In this document: in pieces, positions 38,512 through 51,410 of the stretch
How positions within the stretch are numbered: the first letter of the stretch is position 1
How the letters are laid out: the number at the start of each line of letters is the position of its first letter
NCBI RefSeq assembly: GCF_030684315.1
Contig: NC_081356.1
Location: 78,414,835-78,478,834, forward strand
Direction: 5' to 3'
Origin: Stegostoma tigrinum
Lineage: Eukaryota
DNA: 64,000 nucleotides
Made by a program: the position numbers and the translations under genes
The notes under the pieces: generated by a model
Told to the model about the DNA's origin: nothing
Seen by the model: the letters and a program-made list of their open reading frames with translations, nothing else
Databases searched by the model: none

Positions 38512-40544
38512 ATGCAGGAGGAGAGATGAGCAGAATGTTTTTGCACAATGAATTGTTATGACTTGGAATGCACAGCTTGAATGAATGTTGGAAACAGATT
38601 AATAGTACTTTTCCAAAGAGAATTGGTAAAGACTTGAAACCATATGTTTGCAGGGTTATGGGTAAAATGTAGGGGAGTGGGACTAATGCATGACTCTTTC
38701 AAAAAGCCACCAGAGATAAACTAAGTTGCCTCTGTCATTCTATAATTCTATGAAATTGAGTATTGGCAGGCACAGGCCCTAATACAGTCATGAGAGGGAG
38801 GAGTGGAGAGACATATAATTAAATCAAATTAAAATCAGTGCCAGCTTCTGCAAGATTGATGAGGAGTTAGGATTCTCTTTAAAAGATGCTTCTAGGGTTA
38901 TATATCAGGCACAGTAATCACTTATTTTGATTAGTTATAGTCAAATTGTTGCCTTACATGCTGCACTGCTGGTGATCTCCAACTGCTGATGGGAGTTTCT
39001 CACTGCTTATTGTCTCTCACTTTTACATAAGTAGGCTCATACAGTTTTCAGAGCTACACACCTGAGAAATCACGAATCAACCACTAAAGTATGCACTTTA
39101 CATCTCCAAATGATGAACAACCAATTTACTTGTCAACTAATCGCCAAGAACACCAATCTGATTCTGAAAATAATAAATTAAAGTATATTTCTTGAGTTCA
39201 TTAACTGGCTATTTTCAATCTTAAAAGATCAATGATGAAGCATCAGAAAAGCATCAGAATCCAACAATTTACACTATATATGTATAATCAGCTACTGAGT
39301 TTACAAATCAAAAGCAAAGATAATGCATTCAGATGATAATTAGATAGCAAATTAAATTTAAGAATGTGCAGAACATCTATTTTTGTAACCTCTTTACATT
39401 ATTATCTCAGTTAATTCTGATATTGCTTTGCATAATGATTTGCTTGAATTTTGATTCTTGTTTTCACATGAGCAAAAATAGAATATGCAGCTGAATGGAA
39501 AATGAGAAAGGACAGAATAAAAATTGCATTAATACTTTAGAACAGTCTACTTCTCAGATGTTGTGAGGACTGTTAGTGAGACAGCCTGAATGCTAGTTGA
39601 TAGAGTCGATAGTAAGGCTGTAAAACAGGTTGAGTTTCCTGCCCATTGCAAATGTTCAGTTAATTGGAGGCTAGCAGGAAAATCCCACTTAAAAAGAAAG
39701 ACACTGCCAGAGAGTTCCAGTTCTTGAACTAACTCCAATGTAACAAATGAATTAAATGCCATCTGGCCATATCTATTCAGTTGTGCTTTGTCTGTCTTTT
39801 GAGGGCAAAACATCAGCTAATCAACCTCAAATGAGACACCAAACTTGGATAAGTTACGGTGTGACACAGAAAATAACATGACCAAATATGCACAAGGTTT
39901 ATAAACAATTGGTAATAAACTTAATCTTTAATTTAGTTAGATAAATCACTCAATGCATTTTAAAATTCCATGGTGTATGTGTTGGGAAATTCTAGTTATG
40001 TTTAGATATTGTAGACAGGAAAGATATTGGATGCTGGATTTTCACATGCTGATGGCAGCAGAAACTGAGGGGAATGGACATTTAATTTTAAGCTGACTGG
40101 CCCTGCATGCTGACACCATTCTTCCTCTGAAGCAACCTGGAGATCAAATTGTTACTTATCCACAAGTGACCTCAACACAACACAGCACCTGGCTGCAGGA
40201 AGCTTTCTGGTGGAAATCTGCAAGACGGTACTCCAGAAGGACTTTGAATTCCCACCAATAACGCCCTGCCCTCCATGCCCCTTCCCAACACCATGCCCAT
40301 CCACCACCTCACCCCCACAATATAGCACTTTGACTACCTTTTAGTCCAGATGTGTGTTACGACTCACTGGAAGATCACACTGGAAACCAAGCCCTGCCCT
40401 TCTCTGAGTTGACGTAAAAAGTGAAAGGTTTAACAACGTGCACAAAACTACCCAATTTATAGTCAGATGGACCCAGACTAACAGGAAACAAGGTGCCTTC
40501 TGTACTTGACAAGAATAACTATTTATTATATATTACAGATGATT

Positions 40545-40696
40545 TTTCTCTGCACCTTCTCTGCAGCTATAACAACATGTTCTGCATTGTATTCTATTAC
40601 CCTGACATACTTATGTAAGGTATGATTTGTCTGGTTAGTATGCAAAACAATATTTTCCATTGCATCTCAGTACATGTGACGATAATAAATCAAATG
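40545..40696 (+). mobile_element. LINE 3' tail (Rex1/Babar-like)
   Basis: 'tatgatttgtctgg...gcatctcagtacatgtgacgataataaatcaaat' tail; family assignment from memory. Confidence 0.5.
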
Positions 40697-42124
40697 AAAA
40701 AAAGAGAATAGATTTGTAGCACAGGTAAACAATGATAAATTGTTGAGAAAATCTGTACTACTTAAATCTCACCTATTTCCCAAGCTGTTAGCTCCTCATC
40801 AGAATACTAAGATAGGAACACAGAGGAGAGTGCCTCTTCAGCAAAATGACAGGCTGGGAAGCCTTTATTCAGAGAATGCGAAGAGGTGAGAGGCGACTCG
40901 TCAGAACAACTCTGCTTAGAGTATGTTTTCACTGCTTGGCAGGAGTTGCACCTTCTTGGAAGTCAGTTTTTCTTGCTTAATTCACCTTGAGCTAATTTTC
41001 CTTGCTGTCAGCTCTCACTCAACAGTGGAACAGCTAATGCATTTCTATCTTACATGCCTGACAAAAAGCATAAGGAGCACCAGCCATAGCGCCAGGAACA
41101 TCAAAAACTGAGAACAGTTGTCTTCTCCACTCACAGGGCACAGCAGATGAATCTAGATGTTGAGCTTAAGCTGTCAAAATTCCCACACAGGATCTACAGA
41201 CCATCCTTCTTGACATATCTTAACAACCATCATTCAGAAGGTTCAAACTCATGGCAGATCAATACTGAGATGTGCATTGTCCTGGAATAAGATCCACTTC
41301 CGGGTAGACAAGGTGAATAACTACTGCCAATGGCCATCAAGATAGCTGTCACTGGGTAATGAGATGAAAAGATAAGAGTAGAATTACATGTCTAATAAAT
41401 ATCTTGAGCAGAGTGAAGGGAAGGACAGATTAATAGAGGGTGACCATGAGGCATGGGATCAAGAGACAACAGGATGAGAGTGATTGTGAATGCTGGCTGC
41501 TCAGATAGGGGTGTGAGGTGCCTGGACAAAGAACAAAGTGAGTGGAGTAGTAAGGTGTACTGTTCTGAGGAATGCTGTGCCAGAAAGTAGCAGTGAGTAG
41601 AGTGTGGGGTTTCATAACGGAGAGCTGCACGTTTCCTGCTGTTTTGAGGCTCTGATGCTCAGTGCGTGATCTCTAGGAAGATGGAGGGATTAACATTTGT
41701 TGCTGATTTCTTTAGCCCATTCCATGCACACCTACTTGAGTTGAGAGCAGCTTTCATCCTTGAGGACAGTCTCAGTACTACACTCCCCTAGAACCTGCAG
41801 ATTCATCCTCCAGGTGAAAGTAAGAGACGAGCTGGAAGTGGAGCAGCACCTTCCCAGGTCATATCTCCATGTGCTGCTGCTGCCTTAGCAATCCATGTCC
41901 ACTTGAGGCAATCTCACTGCTGCTGGGGTCCCTCACATTACTTTTTCTTCCTCCGACAGAATTGGTGAATTATCCCAATTTCCTCCCTGATTGGTCAGCA
42001 ACACTTTCAGTTTTGTTAATGAATGAATCAAATAATTTGACTTTGTTTGTCAAATATATTTTCATCAGCCCTTTCTCATCAAAGCTAAAAACCCCCATTG
42101 CCTCAAAAACACTATGACTTTCTT

Positions 42125-44270
42125 CCAATCCTGAATTGTGAGTCCTGAGGTGACCTAATAGTCCAATTCTGGATCCCCACACCCTGCTATGGATGGGCTT
42201 TGAAGAGGCAGGGGTGATATTGTTGGGTTTTCACATGCTCCTTCCACTGTTTATGCTTGTCTTCTGTCAGGGTCTGTTAGAGATCTCAAAGTGACTGTCA
42301 CCTTCATAGCTGCTTTTTCTCCAAATCAGTGGTTTTGGTTACAGATTCCCATGAAGGGATCCCTAGGGATTTGGTATTTTGTGAGGGAGTATTTGAGGAC
42401 GTCCTTGTGATGTTTCCCCTAGCCTCTTGGTATACCCTTGCCATCATAGAGCTTGGAGTAGACAACTTGTTTTGAAAGTCTATCAAACATAGCCGATTGA
42501 CTATTACAGTGCCTCAGTCTGGGGTTGTGGTCAGAGACAGGGCACTGGTACTGGAGTGCCTATCCTGTCAGTGGTTTTGCAGGGCTTTGTACGGACATTT
42601 CTGGTGATGTTTCTTGTGGAATTTGAAGTGCCTGCTCTACATTGTCCATGTCAAAAATACACGCAGGAAAGCTGGTAACATAACTGCCTTTTTGACCATG
42701 AGCTTGGTTCAGGGTTTGAGATTTTCATCGAGAGTCTGTACCTCAAATATCCAGAGGCTGCATTGTAACAGTGGAGGCCACATTGAATTTCAGTGTTAAT
42801 GTCTTCCCTTGCTGAAATGAGTCCTGCAAGGTTTGAAAATTGATTCGCGTTGCCCAATTTCTTGCTTGAATCTTGAAGGTCGAATGGCCAACGTTTACCC
42901 TGAAGTCCATTTTCCCATAAGCTTCTGTGCCTGTATTAACAATAGTTTTGGAGTTCGACATCATGAGTGTAAGCCACATACAAGCACAGTCTGTGTACCG
43001 CAGCTTGATGACAAAAGTCAGGTGACCTTGATTCTGAACTGAAGATGACATTGTTGGACAGTTTCCTGTTCATCTTGCAGGTTCTTGACCCTCCAATGAG
43101 AATCTTCATGGAAATGGGATGGAAATGAGAAAGGTGAAGAAGAGCATGGGTGCAATGACACACCCTTGTTTAATCCCAGTTTTCTCATAGGTTGGGAGTA
43201 GATCCATTGGTGAGCATCACAGCCTGTAAGCCATCATGCAGCAGGCAAGCAACAAAATTTAAGAAGAATGTTCCATAATTACCACAGCCTGGCTTACCTT
43301 CCTTCTTGAAGATGGTAACAATGATGCAATCTTGGAGATTTGCTGGTAGATGAAGTAGATGAGGTCATGGATATGAATCAACATTGCTCTTCCACTATAT
43401 TTTAGTAGCTCAGTATAGATTTTGCCTGTGTCGGCAGCTTTGTTGGGTCTCAGCTGCTGGTTGGCACTTTCAATCTAATATTGAACTGGCCTTGAACTGA
43501 GATGATAACAGCATGCCTGTGGTGTCTCGTCAAGTGCACTCACATCAAGGACTGAGTCTCAGTTCAGGAGATTCTTCAATGAGCTCTGTCCAATGAGCAC
43601 CGACTGCCTCTTCTTACTGAGTGTCAATCAATCTTAGATCTTCATGGGGTAGGTCCACAGATATTTGGACCATAGGTGGATTTGACAGTGCTGGAGAACC
43701 TCCTACTTCATGGCTGTCAGCAAGTTGCTAGATTTCCTGCATCCTTTCCCCCACTGTCTGGTCTTCAGGCCTTGCTGTCTTTTTTTCGTTGGCCTTCATT
43801 TGTCTAGAGACCTGTTTTATTTTCCTCCAGTTTTCGTGGTATTTCCCGTTCAGGAACATATTGTGCTTCCAATTTTGTAGCTCCTAAATATCCTGGTCAT
43901 TCTCATCAAACAAGTTTTGATATTTCCTGCTTGAGAAACAAACTCCACACCAGTGCTGTCCATGATGGTTTTAGGGTATTTGGACATTCTGTAGTTCATG
44001 TTTATTAAACTTCAAAAGCTGCCTGAGAGATGAGCACTGAATAGATCTTTCTTCACAAAGCCCTTGAGTCAATCGAAATTGAATTTCTGCAGCAGTTCCA
44101 CTCTTGCCACTGCTGCATTAGGGCTGAGCTGCTGGAGATAGCCAATTAGATGGGGGGATGGCTGGACCAGCTGTCTTCAGCTGCTGTCATGGTGCAAGAG
44201 ATGAGAATGTCCTTGTGTACTTTATTCAGACAATGACATAATTAAATACTGAGACAGCATCGAGAGGACT
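42125..44270 (-). mobile_element. RTE (BovB-like) LINE remnant
   Basis: C-terminal GSRIGLLGHLRTH zinc knuckle; KLRYTD (decayed ELQYADD); TGIKQGCVIAP at ~43150-43180; DATIVTIFKK-like block; FDENDQDI near 43900. Confidence 0.85.
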
Positions 44271-44274
44271 GCAT

Positions 44275-44850
44275 GCAGTTCTGTTCCCTTGCCTAAGGAA
44301 GAATATGCTCGCCATGTTGGGAGTGCAGCAGAGATTCAACGCAGCACTGTATTTAGGTCACCTCGGGCCCCACAACCCTGGAATAGAAGGGAGTGGTACT
44401 CAATCGCAAGGGACTGCCTAAGAGAAAGAGAAGAAACAGAGAGGGTTCACAAGACTAATTCCTCGCATGGCAGACTGTCCTTTGAGGAGAAACCAAGGAG
44501 ACTGCGATTGTATTCTCTAGTTGTCGAAGAATGAAAGATGATCTCATAGAAACTTATAAAATTCTTAAAGGGACACACAGATTTGATGCAAAAAGAGTGT
44601 TTCCCTTGGCTGTGAAGTCTATAAGTTGCAGACACAGGCTCAGAATAGGAAAGAGAAAATGGGAAACCATTTAGGACTGAGATGAAGAGGAACTTCGTCA
44701 CTCAGGATGAGAAATCATTAAGTAAGTTCAAGTCAAGGACAGATAGATTTCTCATTATTGATGACATCAGGAAATTGTGTAGGAATATGGCATTGAGGTG
44801 GTCAATCTGCCATGATCAAGAATGATGAACACTTTAATAACCTACTCCTG
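44275..44850 (+). mobile_element. CR1 LINE 3' part
   Basis: LSFEEKPRRLRLYSL..RRMKDDLIETYKILKG followed by the CR1 tail. Confidence 0.85.
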
Positions 44851-45224
44851 AATATTGTGTGCAGTCTTGGTCTTCTTAATTGCGAAAAAAATGTGCTGGA
44901 GGCAGCTCAAAAGAGGTTTATTTGATACGTGGGAAAAGCAACAAAAACAAAGTTGCTGGAAAAGCTGAGCAGGTCTGGCAGCATCTGTAAAGGAAAAAAC
45001 AGAGTTAATGTTTCGGGTATGGTGACCCTTCCTCAGAATCTGGCAAAAGCAAGTTGTCTTATGAGAAAACAGTGCTCAGACTGCATTTATTCCTAATGGA
45101 GTTTAAAGATTTGATTGGAGTGTACAATATTCTGGGCAGTCTTGACAAGATAAATGTACAAAAGATATTTCCTGATGACATGAGTACAGAACTAGGGGAC
45201 ACTGTTTCAAAAAGTAGAGGTTAT
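44851..45224 (+). mobile_element. CR1 fragment split by the ERV (continues at 51708-51945); contains a PLE fragment at 44940-45039
   Basis: 'agaactaggggacactgtttcaaaaagtagaggttat' joins to 'gttgtccttttaagacag' to rebuild the CR1 sequence. Confidence 0.8.
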
Positions 45225-46475
45225 CGTAAGGGATGTCCATATTCAAGGGTCAAAATACAGCTGGCAGCTAAGCTGTCCCTGTAGTCCTGCACAAAATGTC
45301 TGACAAGCGATCAAACAGAATTAAAAGCCTGCTCCAGCATTTAAGTGACACACAATAGTACCTTTGAGAAGGGGCTATTCTGAGGCAAAAGGAAGCCTTG
45401 TACAAAAGACTGCTGCAAGGACATATATGTTAGAGGAAATTTGGTAAGAAAACATCCCAGGAGAAAACAGAATTAGGACAAGGGGTGTAAATCACCTCGG
45501 ACGACAGTCAGCCTAGGTCATCATGCAGCTGTGAAAAATAGCAGATGAAGGTATTTTGTAGTAATTTAGTTGTTTCTTTGAAGTTGCTTACAATATTAAG
45601 GGATAGGTTCTAGTTAAAGATTGTTTAGATAAACACAGGGATAGATTTCAATGTAATTATAGACACAAATATACAACAAAATACAATGTTCACTAAAAAG
45701 AATTCAGGGAAAAAGATTCAAACATAAATGTGAAAGTTAGTTCGTCTCAGGAAACCTTTCCTTATCACTAAAGGAATGCCTAGCATATCCTTGTTTGCAA
45801 CTCATTAACTCAAGAGTGCCAACAATAATATAGAGGTGGCTATAAACTGTTACATATTACTAACTTTATAATTGAAATCAATATGACAAATTTTGTAGCA
45901 ATTGGTTAGAGCCAATTGTCTGTTTTTTGTGTATCTATAATTGGGATAGTGGGAAAATATGAGGAGTAACAGAATTTGATAGAGATATCTAATGAATACA
46001 CTGCACAACAGAATCCAAGCAGTCCTTAGAGATACGTACGTTTTGGACATGTCTGAAGAAGTACAGCCACTAACTTTTGGAATAAAAATTAACAGGATGC
46101 ATGGCAAGATCCAAAGTCTAGTGATTACAATGTCTGTTAAACACCATGAGATCATGGAAACCTAGGTCTGTCCACAGGAGTTGTCCATCATTGATTAGGT
46201 GTTTCACAGGATTGGATGTATAGAATAAGGGCAAGGGCAATAAGTGACCACCTTGTATGTGATTATTGTAACACAAAATGTATAAAAATATGGTATCTTA
46301 CCGTAAAAACTAGAGTGTCTTTGACCTCGCTTCCAATCTGAGCTGAAGATTAAGGGAATAACTGATTTCACACATCGTGTCATATTTGGGAGGAGTTTTT
46401 GGTTGTCTCTCTGCATGATCTGGTGTCTGCTTGCATCCTAAGTCTTTGTCCTTCTTCGGGGGTTTCACTTCTACA
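45225..46475 (+). repeat. ERV 5' LTR (~1.25 kb)
   Basis: Begins CGTAAG (presumed mutated TGTAAG) at the CR1 breakpoint and ends CTACA just before the PBS; TATAAAA at 46281. Confidence 0.7.
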
Positions 46476-46478
46476 GCT

Positions 46479-46496
46479 TGGCAAGCCAGCCAGGAG
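46479..46496 (+). promoter_or_regulatory. Primer-binding site for tRNA-Arg(ACG)
   Basis: TGGCAAGCCAGCCAGGAG is 17/18 complementary to the vertebrate tRNA-Arg-ACG 3' end (CUCCUGGCUGGCUCGCCA); 3-nt spacer after the LTR. Confidence 0.88.
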
Positions 46497-47129
46497 ACTC
46501 TGCTTGAAGGCAGCATACCTTGGGCCACAATTTGTATGAGTACGTTCATTTACCATCCTTTCAGTTACAGTGGCATTGGATGTGTGAGTGCATCTGTAAG
46601 TCAGAGCGTAATAAAAACTTTTTTTAATTGGAGCAAGCAGGATTACTCGTGTGGATAGCAAGGGCTTGCGCTAATAGACAAGCATAGGAGAGACAAAGAA
46701 TTGCCTCAACAAATACCTGGGGAGAATAAAGATTCCCAGCACTAACAGATAGCACACAAGGAGAAAGGACTGGCCAGATCTAATAGATAAGCACCAGTAG
46801 AAACAACAGACTGTCTCACCCATCGGCCTGTGCTAACTGATAAGTAGAGGAGAGGTGAGAGGTAATGGTCTGTCTCAAACAACGGCCTGTGCTAACAGAT
46901 AAGGCCAGGAGAGATGAAGTGCTATCTTAAATATAAAAGGGAGACAATCTGGGGAAATGGCCAGGAGGGCCGCTGGGGATAAGACGCACTGGGGTCCTGA
47001 TAAATCAATCCTGCAGACAGTGTTGAAAAAAAAAGCACTAATCAAAGAAAGGAAAAGACACAGAAAGAGTTAATCATCCTTGCGGCTCTGTTTAAGCAGA
47101 ACGCCAAACAGGCACAGAAACAAACTAGG

Positions 47130-47131
47130 GT

Positions 47132-47171
<40 letters not shown>
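47130..47171. repeat. Compound (GT)n(GA)n microsatellite
   Basis: Directly visible. Confidence 0.95.
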
Positions 47172-47228
47172 CAGAATTGGAGGCCAGGTTTCAGTGCTGT
47201 GCTACTTCACTGAAACTTGTAGAAATGT

Positions 47229-47289
47229 AGCTTTTGTGCTCCTGAAGTGCTGCTTGGCCTGCTGTGTTCATCCGGCGCCACGCTTTGTT
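47229..47289 (+). mobile_element. 61-bp PLE insert with 15-bp TSD
   Basis: AACTTGTAGAAATGT at 47214-47228 and 47290-47304. Confidence 0.88.
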
Positions 47290-48799
47290 AACTTGTAGAA
47301 ATGTTAACTCTTTATGGTCCGGTTTGTGTGCACCTTTGTTTGTTAGTTGCTAAATGTCCTCTCGTGCAAATTTTTGCATTTCTGTTCCCTAGACCAAAAG
47401 ATGTGGGGATGCTTTGAAATTAGTTTGTATTTTGGGAATTTATGGTAATTTTAAAAAGTGCTGTATGCCTGTATCAGTATGGAACATGTATGGTTAATTT
47501 AATGTCCTTTTAATAAACTATCAGTGGTTGCATAAAGCAAAAATCCGCAAAAAAAATGTTGATTTAAAAATTTGGTTATTAAAGCTTGGCAAAAAATTTA
47601 ATTTTTGGAATTGGCTCAATGTGGTGTTGAACTGAGGAAAGAATTTTGGGTAAATTTTAATTCCAGAAATGATTGTTTGGAAATTCATTTTCTGGTCAGA
47701 GTGAACTTCCAAATACTATTACTAAACGCATGAGTGAATCTTTAATTCTGGATGATAAGGTTTGCTTTGGTGTGAAAATATGAAAGTAATAGGAAATTTG
47801 AAATCTTGGAAATGTAATTCTCTTTCAGCAAAATTCTGATGGTATGTTCTAAAATGTGAGAAAATTGATGGAGGAATTAGAAAATGCAAATTTAACAAAG
47901 ATGCTGGTCTTTTCCTTTCTTAAAGTATAACACACTTATTTCCTCACAGGAGGAGGAAATAGATGATATAATTACATGCAATAGTTTACACTCCACCCCC
48001 TCTTTTGAATCCATTTTAGATTAATACTAATTAACCCATTCTGCTTGATATGGAATAGATGAAGATTATTTTTTTTTTAGAAATTGGAGACGTTGAATTC
48101 TGAACCTGTTTGCAGACTTTCAACATCGTAACACAGTGATGGACGAGGCACACTCAATCCATCAAGTCACTCAACAACACATTTTAGTATTGGGAAATAC
48201 TGCAGAAACATTAAAAGTATTGGGTATTAGGAATTCCAGTGTATAAAAATTGTTAGTAACTTTATGAGAATAAACAGAACTTTGAATTTGGACAAATTTA
48301 CATAGAGATACCAAGTACCTAGAATGAATCGATAATAGGGTTAGTAGCTTAGAAGAGCACAAAAGCATGGTTTAAATTAAAAGACACTGACATCTCATCC
48401 ATGAAGAAACTGACTTTAAAACAATAAAAGAAGTATCAGTGAACAGGGCGGGAAACATAATCTGAACGTAGAGTCTGATGAACCTTAGAACTATATTGTT
48501 TCATACCATAAAACTACAGCTAAGTGGATTGCTTGCGTATGGAAGTATTGCCACTCTATGACACAATTGTTCACAAAATCAGCAAATTAAAGAAGCACAT
48601 TAAAGAAGTATTTTCAAGACAGAAATAGATGAAGACAGCCGGAGACATTTTGAGTCCACGTATGATGTTATTTTACTGCTACTGAGAGAGGTGATCAGTG
48701 GATAGGGAACTAGAGGATTAAAAAAAACAAAAATTAAGGAACTTGAATCTGGAATATACTGAATTATAGAGCAGACTATGTAAATAGGATAAAACTGAA

Positions 48800-51410
48800 A
48801 AAGAAATTTTGGATAATATTCTGGTCACCTCAGTCAGGTGGCATTATTGTAAATGGAAAGTACAGTTACTGTTAAAGGGATAAGACAAGTGTTAGGGCTG
48901 TTTAAGTATTGCAGGAGCTTTGTAGAAAATTACAAAGAAATAGCCAGACCCCTGCAATACTTTATAAAAGCTAGCTCCAAGAAAGTTAAATGGGAAAATA
49001 AGCAAGAGCCAGCCTTTGTCAAAATCAAACAAACACTAACCACCACACCAGCACTAGGGCTGCCTGACCTGAAAAAGTCCTTTTGTAGTAAAAGCAAAGG
49101 CAATCAGTCTGCAACAGTGCTACAGAGACATGGAAGCAAGCTCCCACCCATGGGGGACCACTAAGGCAAAATGTATCCGGTCATGATGGGATTACACTTG
49201 TGTGTTCGAGACACCTAACGTGCTACCTGGGCACTAATGACATCCTCCCCCTTGACACAATTGGGCAAGGGGACATTACACTCCCCACATTGTATCGTCC
49301 AGCTGTTGGAAGCTGGCAAGCTGAGCGGTGTTATGGAGAGCTGGCGAGCCAAATGTGAAGCCTCACTGTTTCTCGGAGACAAGCATGTAGAAGTGATTGA
49401 AGATAATAGAAAGAACCCAGCAAGCAATGAATCAGGAAGGAGAGACTGTATCCCCTTCACGGAGCAGGAAGAAGGAAGAAAGGGTCGAGTTAAGGAAGAG
49501 CCATTAGAGGGGCCAAATGTGAAATGCATGTTTGTAGGTGGAGCGTGGAGGTACTATGATGGTGAGACCCAGACAGAGTGGGCTGTGGTTAATTTGAAAG
49601 GGGAACTTCTAGCAGGAGAAAGGATAGAAGGATAAGCCTCTGCCCAGGTAGCCAAACTAAAAGCATCTACTGCCACCCTGCAGTTAGGGAAAGGACAAAG
49701 GATCAACATTTACACAAACAGTAAATATGCCTTAGGTGTAGTCCACGACTACATGATGGCATGTTACATCAAGTGGTAGCGTAATCCAGCATGCAATTCA
49801 ACATAGTAAAATACCTAGTGGCCACAGCTATTGAACGAAAGGAGGCAGCACTAATTAAAATTAAAGTGCTCAGAAGGATCCAGACACCAGAGCAGAGAGG
49901 GGATGGCTCTGCAGATAGCGCAGCAAAATCAATGTTCGTACAGGAAGTGATAATGATGGCAGCGGCGAGAGAGCAAGAAGCCAAAGATGTTGAAGGGAAC
50001 ATTCTAAGTTTACAAGCAGCAGCTAGTTTAGAGGGAAAAAACAGAATGGATTAAAGACGGGCAACGCTAGGAACAGATGACATTTGGGTGAAGGCAGGTA
50101 AGGTGGCGCCTCCCACATTCTGCCAACAGATCCTATGGAATGTTTCCTGTGGACTAACACATGTAGGGAGGGATAAAATGATGCAGCTGGTACCTAATTG
50201 CTGTTGGTGGAAAGGAATGGGAAGAGACAGAGAAAACTTTCGCAAGAGATGCACGGCACGTACACAGACAAAACTAGGACGGGGAATTAAAATCAAAATA
50301 AGCCACCAGGCCCATCCATCGGGACCATAGGAACACATCCAAATGGATTTTATAGGACCACTCCCACAAAGTCTGAATAAGAAATTCTGTCTAGTCATGT
50401 TCAGCCAGTTTACCAGATGGTTAGAAGCTTTCCGCACAAAGAATTGTACCACAACTGCCGTGGCAAAAACATTGGCAGCTAAAATGATACCCAGATGTGT
50501 GTGGTGTGGGGGGGAGGGGTGCTCCCCTATGGCTAGCTCATTCCAAGGGACCCACTTCACAGGCAAGTGCCTGAAGGAAGCATGTAAACTCTTGGGAATA
50601 ACATGAAAGTGTTAAATCCCCTGCCACCCACAGAGCCCTGGTGTGGTGGAAGGAATGAATAGAATGCTGAAAAATGCTCTGACCAAAGTAAAGGAGTTAA
50701 ATGGACCCTTTCCCTCCCGACCATTCTGATGGCCCAGACAGCAATGCCCCACCAAGTCATCAGGCTAACAACCTTTGAGTTCATGATGGGGCGAGCAATG
50801 ACCATCCCCCAGGACCTATTCATGGGGGGAGTAAAACTGACAAGGGACAAGTCTGGCATTACTTGAAATCCCTCTGTAAGCATCTACAAATTTTTCACAG
50901 ATGGGTATGAAACCAGCAGCTGGTCAAGAATTGGCCATCTGAGGGATGCCCAGACAAATTGGAGTTTGCACATTCTCCCTATGTCTGTGTGGGTTTCCAC
51001 TGGGTGCTCCAGTTTCCTCCCTCTGTCCAAAGACATGCAAGTTAAGTGGATTGGCCATGTTAAATTACCCATATGTAGGTCTGGTGCTTTGGCCAAGAGG
51101 GTGGGAGGGTGTGGTGAGGGGATGGTGTAGGGGAATGGGTCTGAGTCTGAGTGGAGTGCCCTTTGGAGGGTCAGTGTGGGCTTATGGGGCCAATTGGCCT
51201 GTTTCAAAACTGTAGGGCTTCTATATAAGAAAAACAGAAATGTCAGCCCCAAGATCAAAGGTCTTGGTGAAAATAATCTCTAGCAAGGGAGCCTGGTCCC
51301 CCTTTATGGGACAGACTTCATAAGGTAATATTAACACATCATAGGAGTGATCTTATTAATGAAAAGGGAATTGGTAAATGGAGATATCCTACCCAGCTAT
51401 ATATGAATTA
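48800..51410 (+). pseudogene. pol: Retroviral pol remnant: RT thumb, tether, RNase H, integrase
   Basis: TVKGIRQVLGLFKYCRSF..ARPL..PALGLPD; FVGGA..SAQVAKL..NIYTNSKYALGVVHD; THVG..WW..C; QMDFIGPLP..FTRWLEAF..QGTHFT..VERMNR; IN C-terminus VLVK..PLW..KVILT..W; stops and frameshifts. Confidence 0.9.
50925..51223 (+). mobile_element. HE1-type SINE inserted in ERV integrase
   Basis: 'ggagtttgcacattctccct...gggtgctccagtttcctcc...ggcctgtttc'. Confidence 0.85.

Noticed and set aside
48853-50606. Functional or domesticated retroviral genes
   Set aside because: Multiple stops and frameshifts; catalytic acidic residues of RNase H are mutated (FVGG, AKL, YTNS) and the RT palm is deleted
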